From the NCBI GenBank assembly GCA_963777505.1, contig CAVZQN010000011.1:64001-128000 (forward strand): a stretch of DNA of 64,000 nucleotides, read 5' to 3'. The notes under the pieces were generated by a model. It made no database searches and was not told the origin of the DNA. It saw only the letters and a list, made by a program, of their open reading frames with translations. Of this stretch, positions 42,267 through 49,998 are shown one piece after another. Source of the DNA: an uncultured bacterium (GTDB taxonomy: Bacteria; Acidobacteriota; HRBIN11; JAKEFK01). Both the position numbers and the translations under genes were made by a program. Every line of letters starts with the position of its first letter. Within the stretch, counting starts at the first letter, position 1.

Positions 42267-43262
42267 ATGTATAACATCACTTTAATTCCCGGAGACGGTA
42301 TCGGCCCCGAAATTTCTGAAGCTGTGCGGCGTGTTATTGAAGCTGTGGGGATAAAAGTTAATTGGGAAGTCTATGAAGCAGGGGCAAGTGCACAAGTAAA
42401 ATATGGCACAGTTTTGCCCGGTGAAGTTCTGGATTCAATCATCCGAAACAAAGTTGCATTAAAAGGTCCACTTACAACTCCTATCGGTGAAGGTTTTCAA
42501 AGTATCAATGTTACGTTACGCAAAACGTTAACGCTGTATGCAAACGTTCGTCCGATTCAGAATATTCCAGGTGTTAAAGCAAAGTATGAAAATGTCGACA
42601 TAATTATTGTTCGCGAAAACACCGAAGATTTGTATGCCGGACTAGAACATATAGTCATTCCAGGCGTTGTTGAAAGTTTGAAAATCATTACAGAGGCAGC
42701 CTCTACGCGGATCGCGCGGTATGCGTTTGAATTAGCCCGCAAGCAGCATCGCAAGAAAATTGTTGCGATCCATAAAGCCAACATTATGAAACTTTCTGAT
42801 GGCTTGTTTTTGGAAAGTATACGAAAAGTGCGGCGCGAATATCCGGAAATCGATTATGCCGAAATGATCGTAGATAATTGCGCAATGCAGATGGTTCTCA
42901 ATCCGCGTCAATTCGATGTAATGCTGTTACCAAATCTCTACGGAGATATCATTTCTGACTTAGGAGCAGGTTTAATAGGCGGATTGGGTCTTGCACCGAG
43001 CGGAAATATCGGCGAGCATGCTGCGCTATTTGAAGCGGTTCATGGAAGCGCACCTGATATTGCAGGGAAAAATATTGCCAATCCAACTGCATTAATGCTC
43101 TCTTCCGCATTGATGCTTCAGCATATCGGTGAACTGGAAGCTGCGACTCGAATCTTTAATGCTATAACAAGCGTTTTCGGTGAACAGAAAATTTTTACTC
43201 CTGATCTTGGCGGCACTGCAACAACTCAAAGCTTTACGGATGCTGTAATCAGCGCTCTCTAA
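42267..43262 (+). CDS. Isocitrate/isopropylmalate dehydrogenase family, probably NAD-dependent IDH
   Basis: PGDGIGPEI, RENTEDLY, HKANIMK, NLYGDI, HGSAPDIAG. Confidence 0.9.
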   Translation: MYNITLIPGDGIGPEISEAVRRVIEAVGIKVNWEVYEAGASAQVKYGTVLPGEVLDSIIRNKVALKGPLTTPIGEGFQSINVTLRKTLTLYANVRPIQNIPGVKAKYENVDIIIVRENTEDLYAGLEHIVIPGVVESLKIITEAASTRIARYAFELARKQHRKKIVAIHKANIMKLSDGLFLESIRKVRREYPEIDYAEMIVDNCAMQMVLNPRQFDVMLLPNLYGDIISDLGAGLIGGLGLAPSGNIGEHAALFEAVHGSAPDIAGKNIANPTALMLSSALMLQHIGELEAATRIFNAITSVFGEQKIFTPDLGGTATTQSFTDAVISAL

Positions 43263-43264
43263 TC

Positions 43265-44572
43265 ATGTACGAAGATTACGAAAAAATACTCACACGACAT
43301 ATTGATGATTTGAGCCAGCCTCATATCGATGGTTACGAAAGAAACGGCGGGTATCAGGCATGGAAAAGAATTGTGACTGAAATGACGCCGGATCAAATTA
43401 CCGAAGAGGTAAAGAAGTCATCACTGCGTGGACGCGGCGGCGCAGGTTTTCCTACCGGACAAAAATGGAGTTTTGTACCAAAAAATACAGGTAAGCCAAC
43501 CTATCTATGCTGCAATGCAGATGAGAGTGAACCACTCACCTTTAAAGACAGGTTGATTATTGAAAAGGATCCACATCAGTTAATCGAAGGAATTTGCATC
43601 GCATCGTATGCACTGGGATGTGATAATGCATTCATCTATATCCGTGGGGAATTCGGATATGGTGCTCAGCAGCTCGATATTGCAATTCGTCAGGCGCGAG
43701 CAAAAAAATATCTTGGTAACAATCTTTTTGGAAAGAATGTAAATCTGAACATTACACTTTTCCGCGGCGCCGGAGCGTACATCTGCGGCGAAGAAACTGC
43801 GTTGATGGAATCATTGGAAGGAAAACGCGGGCAACCTCGCTTGAAACCTCCATTTCCTGCAGTCGTTGGACTATACGGATGTCCAACTGTTATCAATAAT
43901 GTTGAAACCCTCGCCAATCTTCCACATATCATCAATCGCGGTTCGGATTGGTATACGACACTGGGTCCGAAAAATAATCATGGACCTAAATTGTTTTGCC
44001 TCAGTGGATCAGTGGTAAAGCCCGGCGTTTATGAATATCCGATGGGGATGTCGCTTCGTGAAATGATCGACAAAGCCGGTGGTGTCACACCAGGACATAC
44101 GATTAAGGGAGTTATTCCCGGAGGCTCATCCGTTCCAGTCTTGCCTCCATCACTTCTTGATACATCAATGGATTTTGATTCACTTGTGAAAGCCGGCAGT
44201 ATGTTGGGTTCTGCTGGAATTCTTGTCATGGATGAAACGATGTGCATTGTGCGGCTAGCAATGATAACCGCACGTTTTTATGCGCATGAAACTTGCGGAC
44301 AATGTTCACAATGCCGCGAAGGCACACACTGGCTTTATCGGATTTTGCATCGCATCGAAGAAGGCGAAGGCTTGATGACAGATTTGGATGTTCTCACCAA
44401 CGCAAGCGAAAACATGATGGGACGAACAATCTGTGTACTATCTGATGCTGCTGCGATGCCTACACTCGGATTCTTAAAGCATTTTCGCGATGAATTCGAG
44501 CAGCATATTCGCGAGAAACGCTGTCCCCTTCCACGCATCCGCCAATTCGCGCAAGCACTAACTACTGTCTAG
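43265..44572 (+). CDS. nuoF: NADH-quinone oxidoreductase subunit F
   Basis: LRGRGGAGF, NADESEP, GAGAYICGEETAL, ETCGQCSQCREG, TIC. Confidence 0.95.
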   Translation: MYEDYEKILTRHIDDLSQPHIDGYERNGGYQAWKRIVTEMTPDQITEEVKKSSLRGRGGAGFPTGQKWSFVPKNTGKPTYLCCNADESEPLTFKDRLIIEKDPHQLIEGICIASYALGCDNAFIYIRGEFGYGAQQLDIAIRQARAKKYLGNNLFGKNVNLNITLFRGAGAYICGEETALMESLEGKRGQPRLKPPFPAVVGLYGCPTVINNVETLANLPHIINRGSDWYTTLGPKNNHGPKLFCLSGSVVKPGVYEYPMGMSLREMIDKAGGVTPGHTIKGVIPGGSSVPVLPPSLLDTSMDFDSLVKAGSMLGSAGILVMDETMCIVRLAMITARFYAHETCGQCSQCREGTHWLYRILHRIEEGEGLMTDLDVLTNASENMMGRTICVLSDAAAMPTLGFLKHFRDEFEQHIREKRCPLPRIRQFAQALTTV

Positions 44573-44592
44573 GAACTTTGCGTCTGCGGTTG

Positions 44593-44630
44593 CCTTACTA
44601 TCTTGTAAGGAAGTATACTTAATGGTAAGG
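44593..44630 (+). promoter_or_regulatory. TA promoter/operator
   Basis: Perfect inverted repeat CCTTAC-tatctt-GTAAGG, -10 TATACT at 44614, second GTAAGG half-site. Confidence 0.6.
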
Positions 44631-44635
44631 AAGCA

Positions 44636-44880
44636 ATGCAAGAACAACACTAACGAGTAAAGGTCAAATTACACTCCCGAAAGATATCAGGCAGAAGCTT
44701 GAATTGGAGGCGGGCGATCAAATTGATTTTATTATCATGCCTGATGGCGATGTGTTCCTAAGACCTGCAAAATACGACATTCTGAAATTGGAAGGATCGC
44801 TTCAAAGCAAAAAAAGAAAACCGGTTACGATTGAGCAAATGAATGTTGCCGTCCGGGAGAGGATGAAGAAGTTTCGATGA
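44636..44880 (+). CDS. AbrB/MazE/SpoVT-family antitoxin; absent from the ORF track because of a 1-bp shift just after the ATG
   Basis: Hand translation: TTLTSKGQITLPKDIRQKLELEAGDQIDFII...KPVTIEQMNVAVRERMKKFR*. ATGA overlap with the PIN gene. Confidence 0.85.
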
Positions 44881-45265
44881 TAGGGCTGGATACGAATGTC
44901 ATAATCCGGTTTTTAGTTATGGATGATCCCACGCAAGCCAAGAAGGCATCGACACTGGTTCGAACGGCTCTTAAGAATCAAGAGGAATTGTTTATCGATT
45001 CCGTTGTTCTTTGTGAAATGGTTTGGGTACTTGAGGGAGCTATGAATTTGCGAAAGATGAAATCGCGGATGTATTGGAAAAAATAATGACTGAGCTGATC
45101 GCAATACAAGATCGTGATGAAGCCTGGCTGCATTGAATGACTATCGGCAAGGGCGGGCTGACTTTTCGATTATTACATTGGCAGGATCAACAAAAATTCC
45201 GGAGCGATTACACCGTGACTTTTGATCAGGAATTAAAAGAAAGCGACCTTTTTGTTCTGTTATGA
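44877..45265 (+). CDS. vapC: PIN-domain (VapC) toxin with several frameshifts
   Basis: IGLDTNVIIRFL..DD, VLCEMVWVLE, then in shifted frames GRADFFDYYIG...TVTFDQEL...FVLL*. Confidence 0.85.
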
Positions 45266-45809
45266 ACTTTGCGCCTCTGCGGTTAAGGAATAGAACGGCA
45301 CCGCACCCGTTTTTTCTCAGGGTCCACACAAAAACACCAGCATCGACATCCTCTTTTGTTGGATCCAATACCATAGCAATGTGATGCTTATCATTGAAAT
45401 AATGCTCATCAATAAATTGGTCCGCAGAAGATAAAAACACTCCATAACCAGGATGTGTATGAAACCAACCGACAACTTTTTTGTCAGGAAACTGCGCAGT
45501 TAGATCATCGTGTATTTGTGCTTGCGCCTCATTGTTAAATTCGAATGATGCGCGGCGCGAAACACCTTTACGAGCCGGAATAAAATCATGAATCTCAACA
45601 AACCATCTTCGTGAAGCTCGCGCGATCCGTCCTACAAGCACTCCTCCCAATTCATAGCTTGTATCAGATGATGCATATTCGCGGATTCGATCCAGAGCAT
45701 TTTGGACGATGTAAACGACCAGCAGTTTCATCGGGTATTCGCGATCCACTTTTGATGGAAGCCGGCTTCGTTCTGTCTTTTGTTTTATTCGCCGGATCTT
45801 GATTTCCAT
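45141..45809 (-). CDS. JAB/MPN+ (JAMM) metallopeptidase, Rpn11/CSN5-like; real 3' end probably near 45280
   Basis: E53 (YELGGVLVG) and VVGWFHTHPGYGVFLSSAD (H117, H119, S127, D130), AMVLDP. The ORF tail overlaps the opposite-strand VapC, so it is probably an indel artefact. Confidence 0.92.
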   Translation of the reverse strand: MEIKIRRIKQKTERSRLPSKVDREYPMKLLVVYIVQNALDRIREYASSDTSYELGGVLVGRIARASRRWFVEIHDFIPARKGVSRRASFEFNNEAQAQIHDDLTAQFPDKKVVGWFHTHPGYGVFLSSADQFIDEHYFNDKHHIAMVLDPTKEDVDAGVFVWTLRKNGCGAVLFLNRRGAKFITEQKGRFLLIPDQKSRCNRSGIFVDPANVIIEKSARPCR

Positions 45810-46324
45810 TACTTCGCTTCCTTGCTGTCTTTATGAAGAATCTTAATAACCACTTTTCCAGCCTTATCACGAATCGGACGCGAATCGAGAGGAAACATGT
45901 GCAAATTAAAACGTGCCCATTCCGCCGCTTTTTTATCTAATGGCGATTGAAGATTGTATTTAACATAACGTGCCATATCAGCAAGCTCTGATACAAATTC
46001 GGCTAATGACCAGCTTGGCGCCCACTGTCCGCTGTGACAAACAGCTTGTAACTTAATGTTCGGATGAAAGATCGGACTTAACCACGTCACATCTGGCGGT
46101 TGAGATGGATATTGCGCGCCTAATACAATTTGACACTTGTGTTCTTGAATAATCGCTGGCTTTCCCGATCCATCAGACATAATTCCTGGACAAATAAAAC
46201 GGATCTGATATTGATTCGGGGGATTTCCTGATGCCGAAAAATCGATGATCGATGATTCAGTTTTCAGACGCAGCATCTCTTCAAAATCATTTTTCATCCG
46301 GATCTGTCTGCGATTCATTTTCAT
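45809..46324 (-). CDS. Ubiquitin-conjugating enzyme E2 (UBC fold)
   Basis: Helix 1 RRQIRMKNDFEEM, YPSQPPDV.W.SPIFHPNI, catalytic C96, WAPSWSL, YNLQSPLDKKAAEW. Confidence 0.92.
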   Translation of the reverse strand: MKMNRRQIRMKNDFEEMLRLKTESSIIDFSASGNPPNQYQIRFICPGIMSDGSGKPAIIQEHKCQIVLGAQYPSQPPDVTWLSPIFHPNIKLQAVCHSGQWAPSWSLAEFVSELADMARYVKYNLQSPLDKKAAEWARFNLHMFPLDSRPIRDKAGKVVIKILHKDSKEAK

Positions 46325-46369
46325 TTCGTGAAGTAAAACGCCAATTATTTTGTTTGGTGTCTTTATCTT

Positions 46370-46651
46370 TTAGCGGTTGAGTTTTCCGGCAACAAACGTG
46401 GACGTCAACAAAAGTAAATCTCCGTTCTTTGTTGCGTATTCACCAAGTGTTTTGTTTTGCTTTAACTCCTGGCTGGTTCGTTTGTTTGAAAGCTGGTACG
46501 AGATCCGATTACCATCCGGTCCGACAAGAGGAAGCCCAAGTTGTTGCACCAACTGAGGCAACAAATCATCCAGCTTTGCGTCATCCGGCAATTCGACTTC
46601 GTATTCTTGATTTGTATCGGCGCGAACAACTGTAACGGTTATTTGTGACAT
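46370..46651 (-). CDS. Ubiquitin-like (beta-grasp, EsaB/YukD-like) protein
   Basis: ITVTV...YEVELPDD..LDDLL, YQL, L...KTLGEY...NGDLLLL (cf. ubiquitin TLxDY..xxx.L.L). Tail FVAG-KLNR. Confidence 0.88.
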   Translation of the reverse strand: MSQITVTVVRADTNQEYEVELPDDAKLDDLLPQLVQQLGLPLVGPDGNRISYQLSNKRTSQELKQNKTLGEYATKNGDLLLLTSTFVAGKLNR

Positions 46652-46691
46652 AGACGTTCAATGTATCATTTTTTACCGAAGAGTCACAGAG

Positions 46692-47828
46692 TTAATCCAA
46701 GACAAAAAATATTCGATCATTTTGAGTCTCAGCACAATAGATATGCTCCGATGGAAATCCCAATTCCCGAAAACTCTTGTTTCCCCAGCTTTCTGTACCT
46801 TCATAGGCAACAGCAATCTGAGGTTTGAAAACGCCTCCGCAATCGCAAAACGCCGAACCATTGTATAAGGATTGCGTTCCTGTAAATTCTTCATTTTTAC
46901 CGCATTGAATACACATTAAAGATGTCAGCAAATTTCGATCAAAGTCCCAGATCAATCGATCGGCATTCCATTCTTGTTTTGCAGCTTGAAGAACAGTTTG
47001 AATAGGATCACTTTGACGCACTCTCAATTGTTTTATTTCCCCAATCGGATCTGCGGATGCATGCAGTCCACAGTCTTCTGAAATTTCCAATGCTATGTCA
47101 AAGAAAACATCGCTTAAACCGTAAAGGCCAAGCCTTTTACCTGCGGGAACCTGCAATCCATGCAACTGCCTGACTCCAATCTGTACCTGAAGTGCTCCAA
47201 TAATGGATGCAATGGTTGGAGCAGTTGGTACATGTTGCTTAATTTCCGGATCCGTACTTTTTAGACATGAGATCCGTTTTTGAAGTTCCGCTCGATCGAC
47301 TCCGCTCAGAGTGCACTCATAACATGCCGTCGCCGGCGGCATAAATACCGAAACGGATCCATTTAGAGTGTCCAGGCCCCCGTCGATGAAAGGTTTTTTC
47401 AGAAAATATGCATATCGATTCATTGCATATCTCGCTTCACGATTGTCCAAACAGCCCAGGATTAAATCCATTTGCGATAAGAATCCGAATCCGAGATCGT
47501 AACGAACATCAATTCTTAACGGAACAAACGATGAATCGGGATTCATTTCAGAGGCACGAGCGGCAAGAACATCCGTTTTCCATTTTCCAACGTCATCGGC
47601 TCTAAAGAGTGCTGAGCGTGTCAGGTTTGTGGTCTCTATGCGGTCAAAGTCGACAATCCAAACTTTGCCAATTCCAAGCAGCGCAAGGTTTTTGACGACT
47701 TCATTTCCAAGAGCTCCAGCACCGACAACCAGAACGCGTGCGTGCTTTAGTTTTTCCTGATCCCACCAGCGAATTAATTTGAGCCGCTGATATCGATCCG
47801 TTTCAGGATCCGTTAGACGCAGCGTCAT
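46692..47828 (-). CDS. E1-like activating enzyme (ThiF/UBA family) with C-terminal extension
   Basis: VLVVGAGALGNEVVKNLAL, DFDRIETTNLTR, CLDNREAR, ACYEC, putative catalytic C188, CGLH, extra CxxC...CxC zinc ribbon. Confidence 0.93.
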   Translation of the reverse strand: MTLRLTDPETDRYQRLKLIRWWDQEKLKHARVLVVGAGALGNEVVKNLALLGIGKVWIVDFDRIETTNLTRSALFRADDVGKWKTDVLAARASEMNPDSSFVPLRIDVRYDLGFGFLSQMDLILGCLDNREARYAMNRYAYFLKKPFIDGGLDTLNGSVSVFMPPATACYECTLSGVDRAELQKRISCLKSTDPEIKQHVPTAPTIASIIGALQVQIGVRQLHGLQVPAGKRLGLYGLSDVFFDIALEISEDCGLHASADPIGEIKQLRVRQSDPIQTVLQAAKQEWNADRLIWDFDRNLLTSLMCIQCGKNEEFTGTQSLYNGSAFCDCGGVFKPQIAVAYEGTESWGNKSFRELGFPSEHIYCAETQNDRIFFVLD

Positions 47829-48631
47829 AGCTGTGATTCTACCTGCTTTCGGACTTCATGTATTTCAGCTTCCATCGCTGAAAAACGTTGCTTAATTTTT
47901 TCCAAAGTAGCAGTTAGCTCATCCTCGCGCATACGAAAGTAGGTGTGATAATCGCGGCAGCATTCGTGCAGATCATGATCAATTTGAAACAGAAAATCGG
48001 AAAAAAGAATTCGGCCTGCAGGATTCCGTTTGTAAAAACTTTCAACAATTCTGTGGCCAATGAGTACAGTCTCAACCCATTTCAAACGCATGGCTGGACT
48101 TTGCAGTAATTTTGATACTGCGCGAACTTCCGATTGCGTAGAAGGAGACAAGAAAAAGGGAAGTGGTGCACCGGATTTAAATAGAGATGGTTTCGGTTTT
48201 CGAGTCAGCTTTTTTTTCTCATCTGGCTTAGTTTGAATCTCTGCCTCAACTTTTTCTGCAAGCAATACTTCCTTCCAATGCTGCAAAATAGAAGGATCGG
48301 TTTGCTCAATCATGGTCCAGGGTAGAGAGTGAAAAGCTTTCAGGTAGTCGTAATCCTTTCTTCCTGTCAGCGCTTGAAGTATGGACGCTACTTCTCCTAG
48401 ACGTCCCTCTGGAATTGAAAGGATCTTCAAATACGCAAGAGTCGGTTTTATCGCGGAAACTTCTCCAAGACACTGAGGGCAGTACCAATGATGTGCATGA
48501 TAACGATTGTGACAACTCTTGCAAGCAAATACTTGTATTTCACGGACTTCAATTGGAGGAGGTTCAACGGGCGATGTGCGGTTTGTAGAACGGCGTTTAA
48601 TGCGGACTTTAATACGATTCAAAAAACTCAT
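47825..48631 (-). CDS. Uncharacterised zinc-ribbon protein with L7/L12-CTD-like middle domain and helical C-terminus
   Basis: CKSC...CPQC. Start trimmed to MSFLNR to avoid overlap with the macrodomain gene. Its stop overlaps the E1 start (ATGA). Confidence 0.75.
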   Translation of the reverse strand: MSFLNRIKVRIKRRSTNRTSPVEPPPIEVREIQVFACKSCHNRYHAHHWYCPQCLGEVSAIKPTLAYLKILSIPEGRLGEVASILQALTGRKDYDYLKAFHSLPWTMIEQTDPSILQHWKEVLLAEKVEAEIQTKPDEKKKLTRKPKPSLFKSGAPLPFFLSPSTQSEVRAVSKLLQSPAMRLKWVETVLIGHRIVESFYKRNPAGRILFSDFLFQIDHDLHECCRDYHTYFRMREDELTATLEKIKQRFSAMEAEIHEVRKQVESQL

Positions 48632-48638
48632 CGATATT

Positions 48639-49175
48639 TTACGAAGCTGCCTTAAAAATCCGCATTGCAGTTGTATTAAAAATTTTCTCGGCGGACTCAT
48701 CGAACAAACAAAATCGTATTTCTTGAAGCTTCGTTTCACCCTCACAATATTGATGAACGACTTGCAGCATAATTTCTGCACAGCGTTCCATAGGATAGCC
48801 GAATATTCCTGTGCTGATTGCTGGAAAACTAATAGTATGAATTGCTTCACTATCGGCTAAACGTAAGCTGTTTGAAGTGGCATTCCGAAGTTTTTCATCT
48901 TCATCCCCTTCGCCCATTCTTGGTCCAACCGCATGAATGATGTAAGGTGCTTTTAAATCTCCTCCGGTGGTTATGGCAGCACTCCCAACAGGAACGAATC
49001 CGACCCTGTCTGATTCATCCTGAATGATTTTACCCCCTTTACGAACAATGGCGGCTGCAACACCTCCGCCATGCTGAAGTTGAGAATTTGCAGCATTAAC
49101 GATGGCTCCAGTGTCTTCTTCAGTGATATCTGCACGCTTTACTATAATTGTAGTATTACCAGCCTGATAATTCAC
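48639..49175 (-). CDS. Macrodomain protein (MacroD/YmdB-like ADP-ribose hydrolase)
   Basis: ADIT, IVNAANSQLQHGGGVAAAI, IHAVGP, FPAISTGIFGYP. Confidence 0.95.
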   Translation of the reverse strand: MNYQAGNTTIIVKRADITEEDTGAIVNAANSQLQHGGGVAAAIVRKGGKIIQDESDRVGFVPVGSAAITTGGDLKAPYIIHAVGPRMGEGDEDEKLRNATSNSLRLADSEAIHTISFPAISTGIFGYPMERCAEIMLQVVHQYCEGETKLQEIRFCLFDESAEKIFNTTAMRIFKAAS

Positions 49176-49195
49176 GAAAAAAAACCACCTTTCCC

Positions 49196-49885
49196 TTATC
49201 CTAACATAACTCTTTTTTTGCTCTTTTGTAGGTCTTTTGGGGCAATAAGTTGATCCAGCCGCAATCGGATCCGTTCAAGAGCCGTAACAGGAGTTTCCTG
49301 CAGATCCAACGATATGGCAGATTCAGGAATTTGAATTTTAGGATGATCGGATGTGCCTTTCTTTTTATTCAGGATAATGAAATTGGCTCCGTTCAGGATT
49401 TGTTCAGCATTATCTTTCCAACGCGATGGTGGAATGTTGTTTGCTGCAACATAAAACATCAGATCGGGTTTGCATATCGATGTAACTGTGCTTCCTTCCA
49501 TGATGGTCAAGGCATTTTTGGGAAGGTGTTCAATGAGATGTTGAAACGCTTCAGCAAGATATGATTTTCTGGAAATGATCCAAACCACTTCCTTTGCGCC
49601 TGCCGCAGCAAGTCGTTGCGTGTTTTTTCCTGATTGCATCAAAACTGCAGGATCGCGAACAATACGGAAGCGATCGGATAAATCGCAAACTGTACATGGT
49701 GCCCCGCGTGGACACGGAGATGGAATATCGGTGGTGGTTGTAAACTTTACCGCATACACGGGAATATTCTGGTCAGCGAAGTATCGGATTAATTGCTCCG
49801 CGAGCAAAGTTTTTCCAGCGCGGCTCGTTGCACCCGCAACGCTGATGATCCGAATGTCTTTGCGATTGTAGAGTTATTAGCTCAT
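49196..49885 (-). CDS. MobB-like P-loop protein; 5' end disrupted
   Basis: Reading upstream of the called ORF in the same frame gives IISVAGATSRAGKTLLAEQ (Walker A). Also AVK, CPRGAPCTVC, GKNTQRLAAAGA, MEG. ATG at 49885 is followed by AGC TAA TAA. Confidence 0.65.
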
Positions 49886-49998
49886 GGCGTTACCGGGGTG
49901 TCGATTTGAGTTCTTAGAGATACTGCCGAGGAGCTGGCGCAGCAGAGGTGCGGGCTGTAATTGTTTCATAATGCTTCTACCCTCAGCTTCGCTCGGCA

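Noticed and set aside
45141-45280. Real antisense overlap of the JAB C-terminus with vapC
   Set aside because: The JAB domain is complete before this point. The extension crosses a REP-like motif and is best explained by an indel.
46692-47828. E1-like gene as MoeB/ThiF for molybdopterin or thiamine synthesis, given the nearby MobB-like gene
   Set aside because: It is adjacent to an E2 and a JAB, the Ubl lacks the MoaD/ThiS GG end, and there are no moaE, thiG or rhodanese partners.
45280-48631. Type II CBASS or Pycsar (Cap2/Cap3)
   Set aside because: No CD-NTase or cyclase and no effector gene. E1 and E2 are separate proteins and a dedicated Ubl is present.
48632-48850. 73-aa N-terminal extension of the Zn-ribbon ORF
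   Set aside because: It overlaps the well-supported macrodomain gene in another frame. The ATG at 48631 fits the operon spacing.
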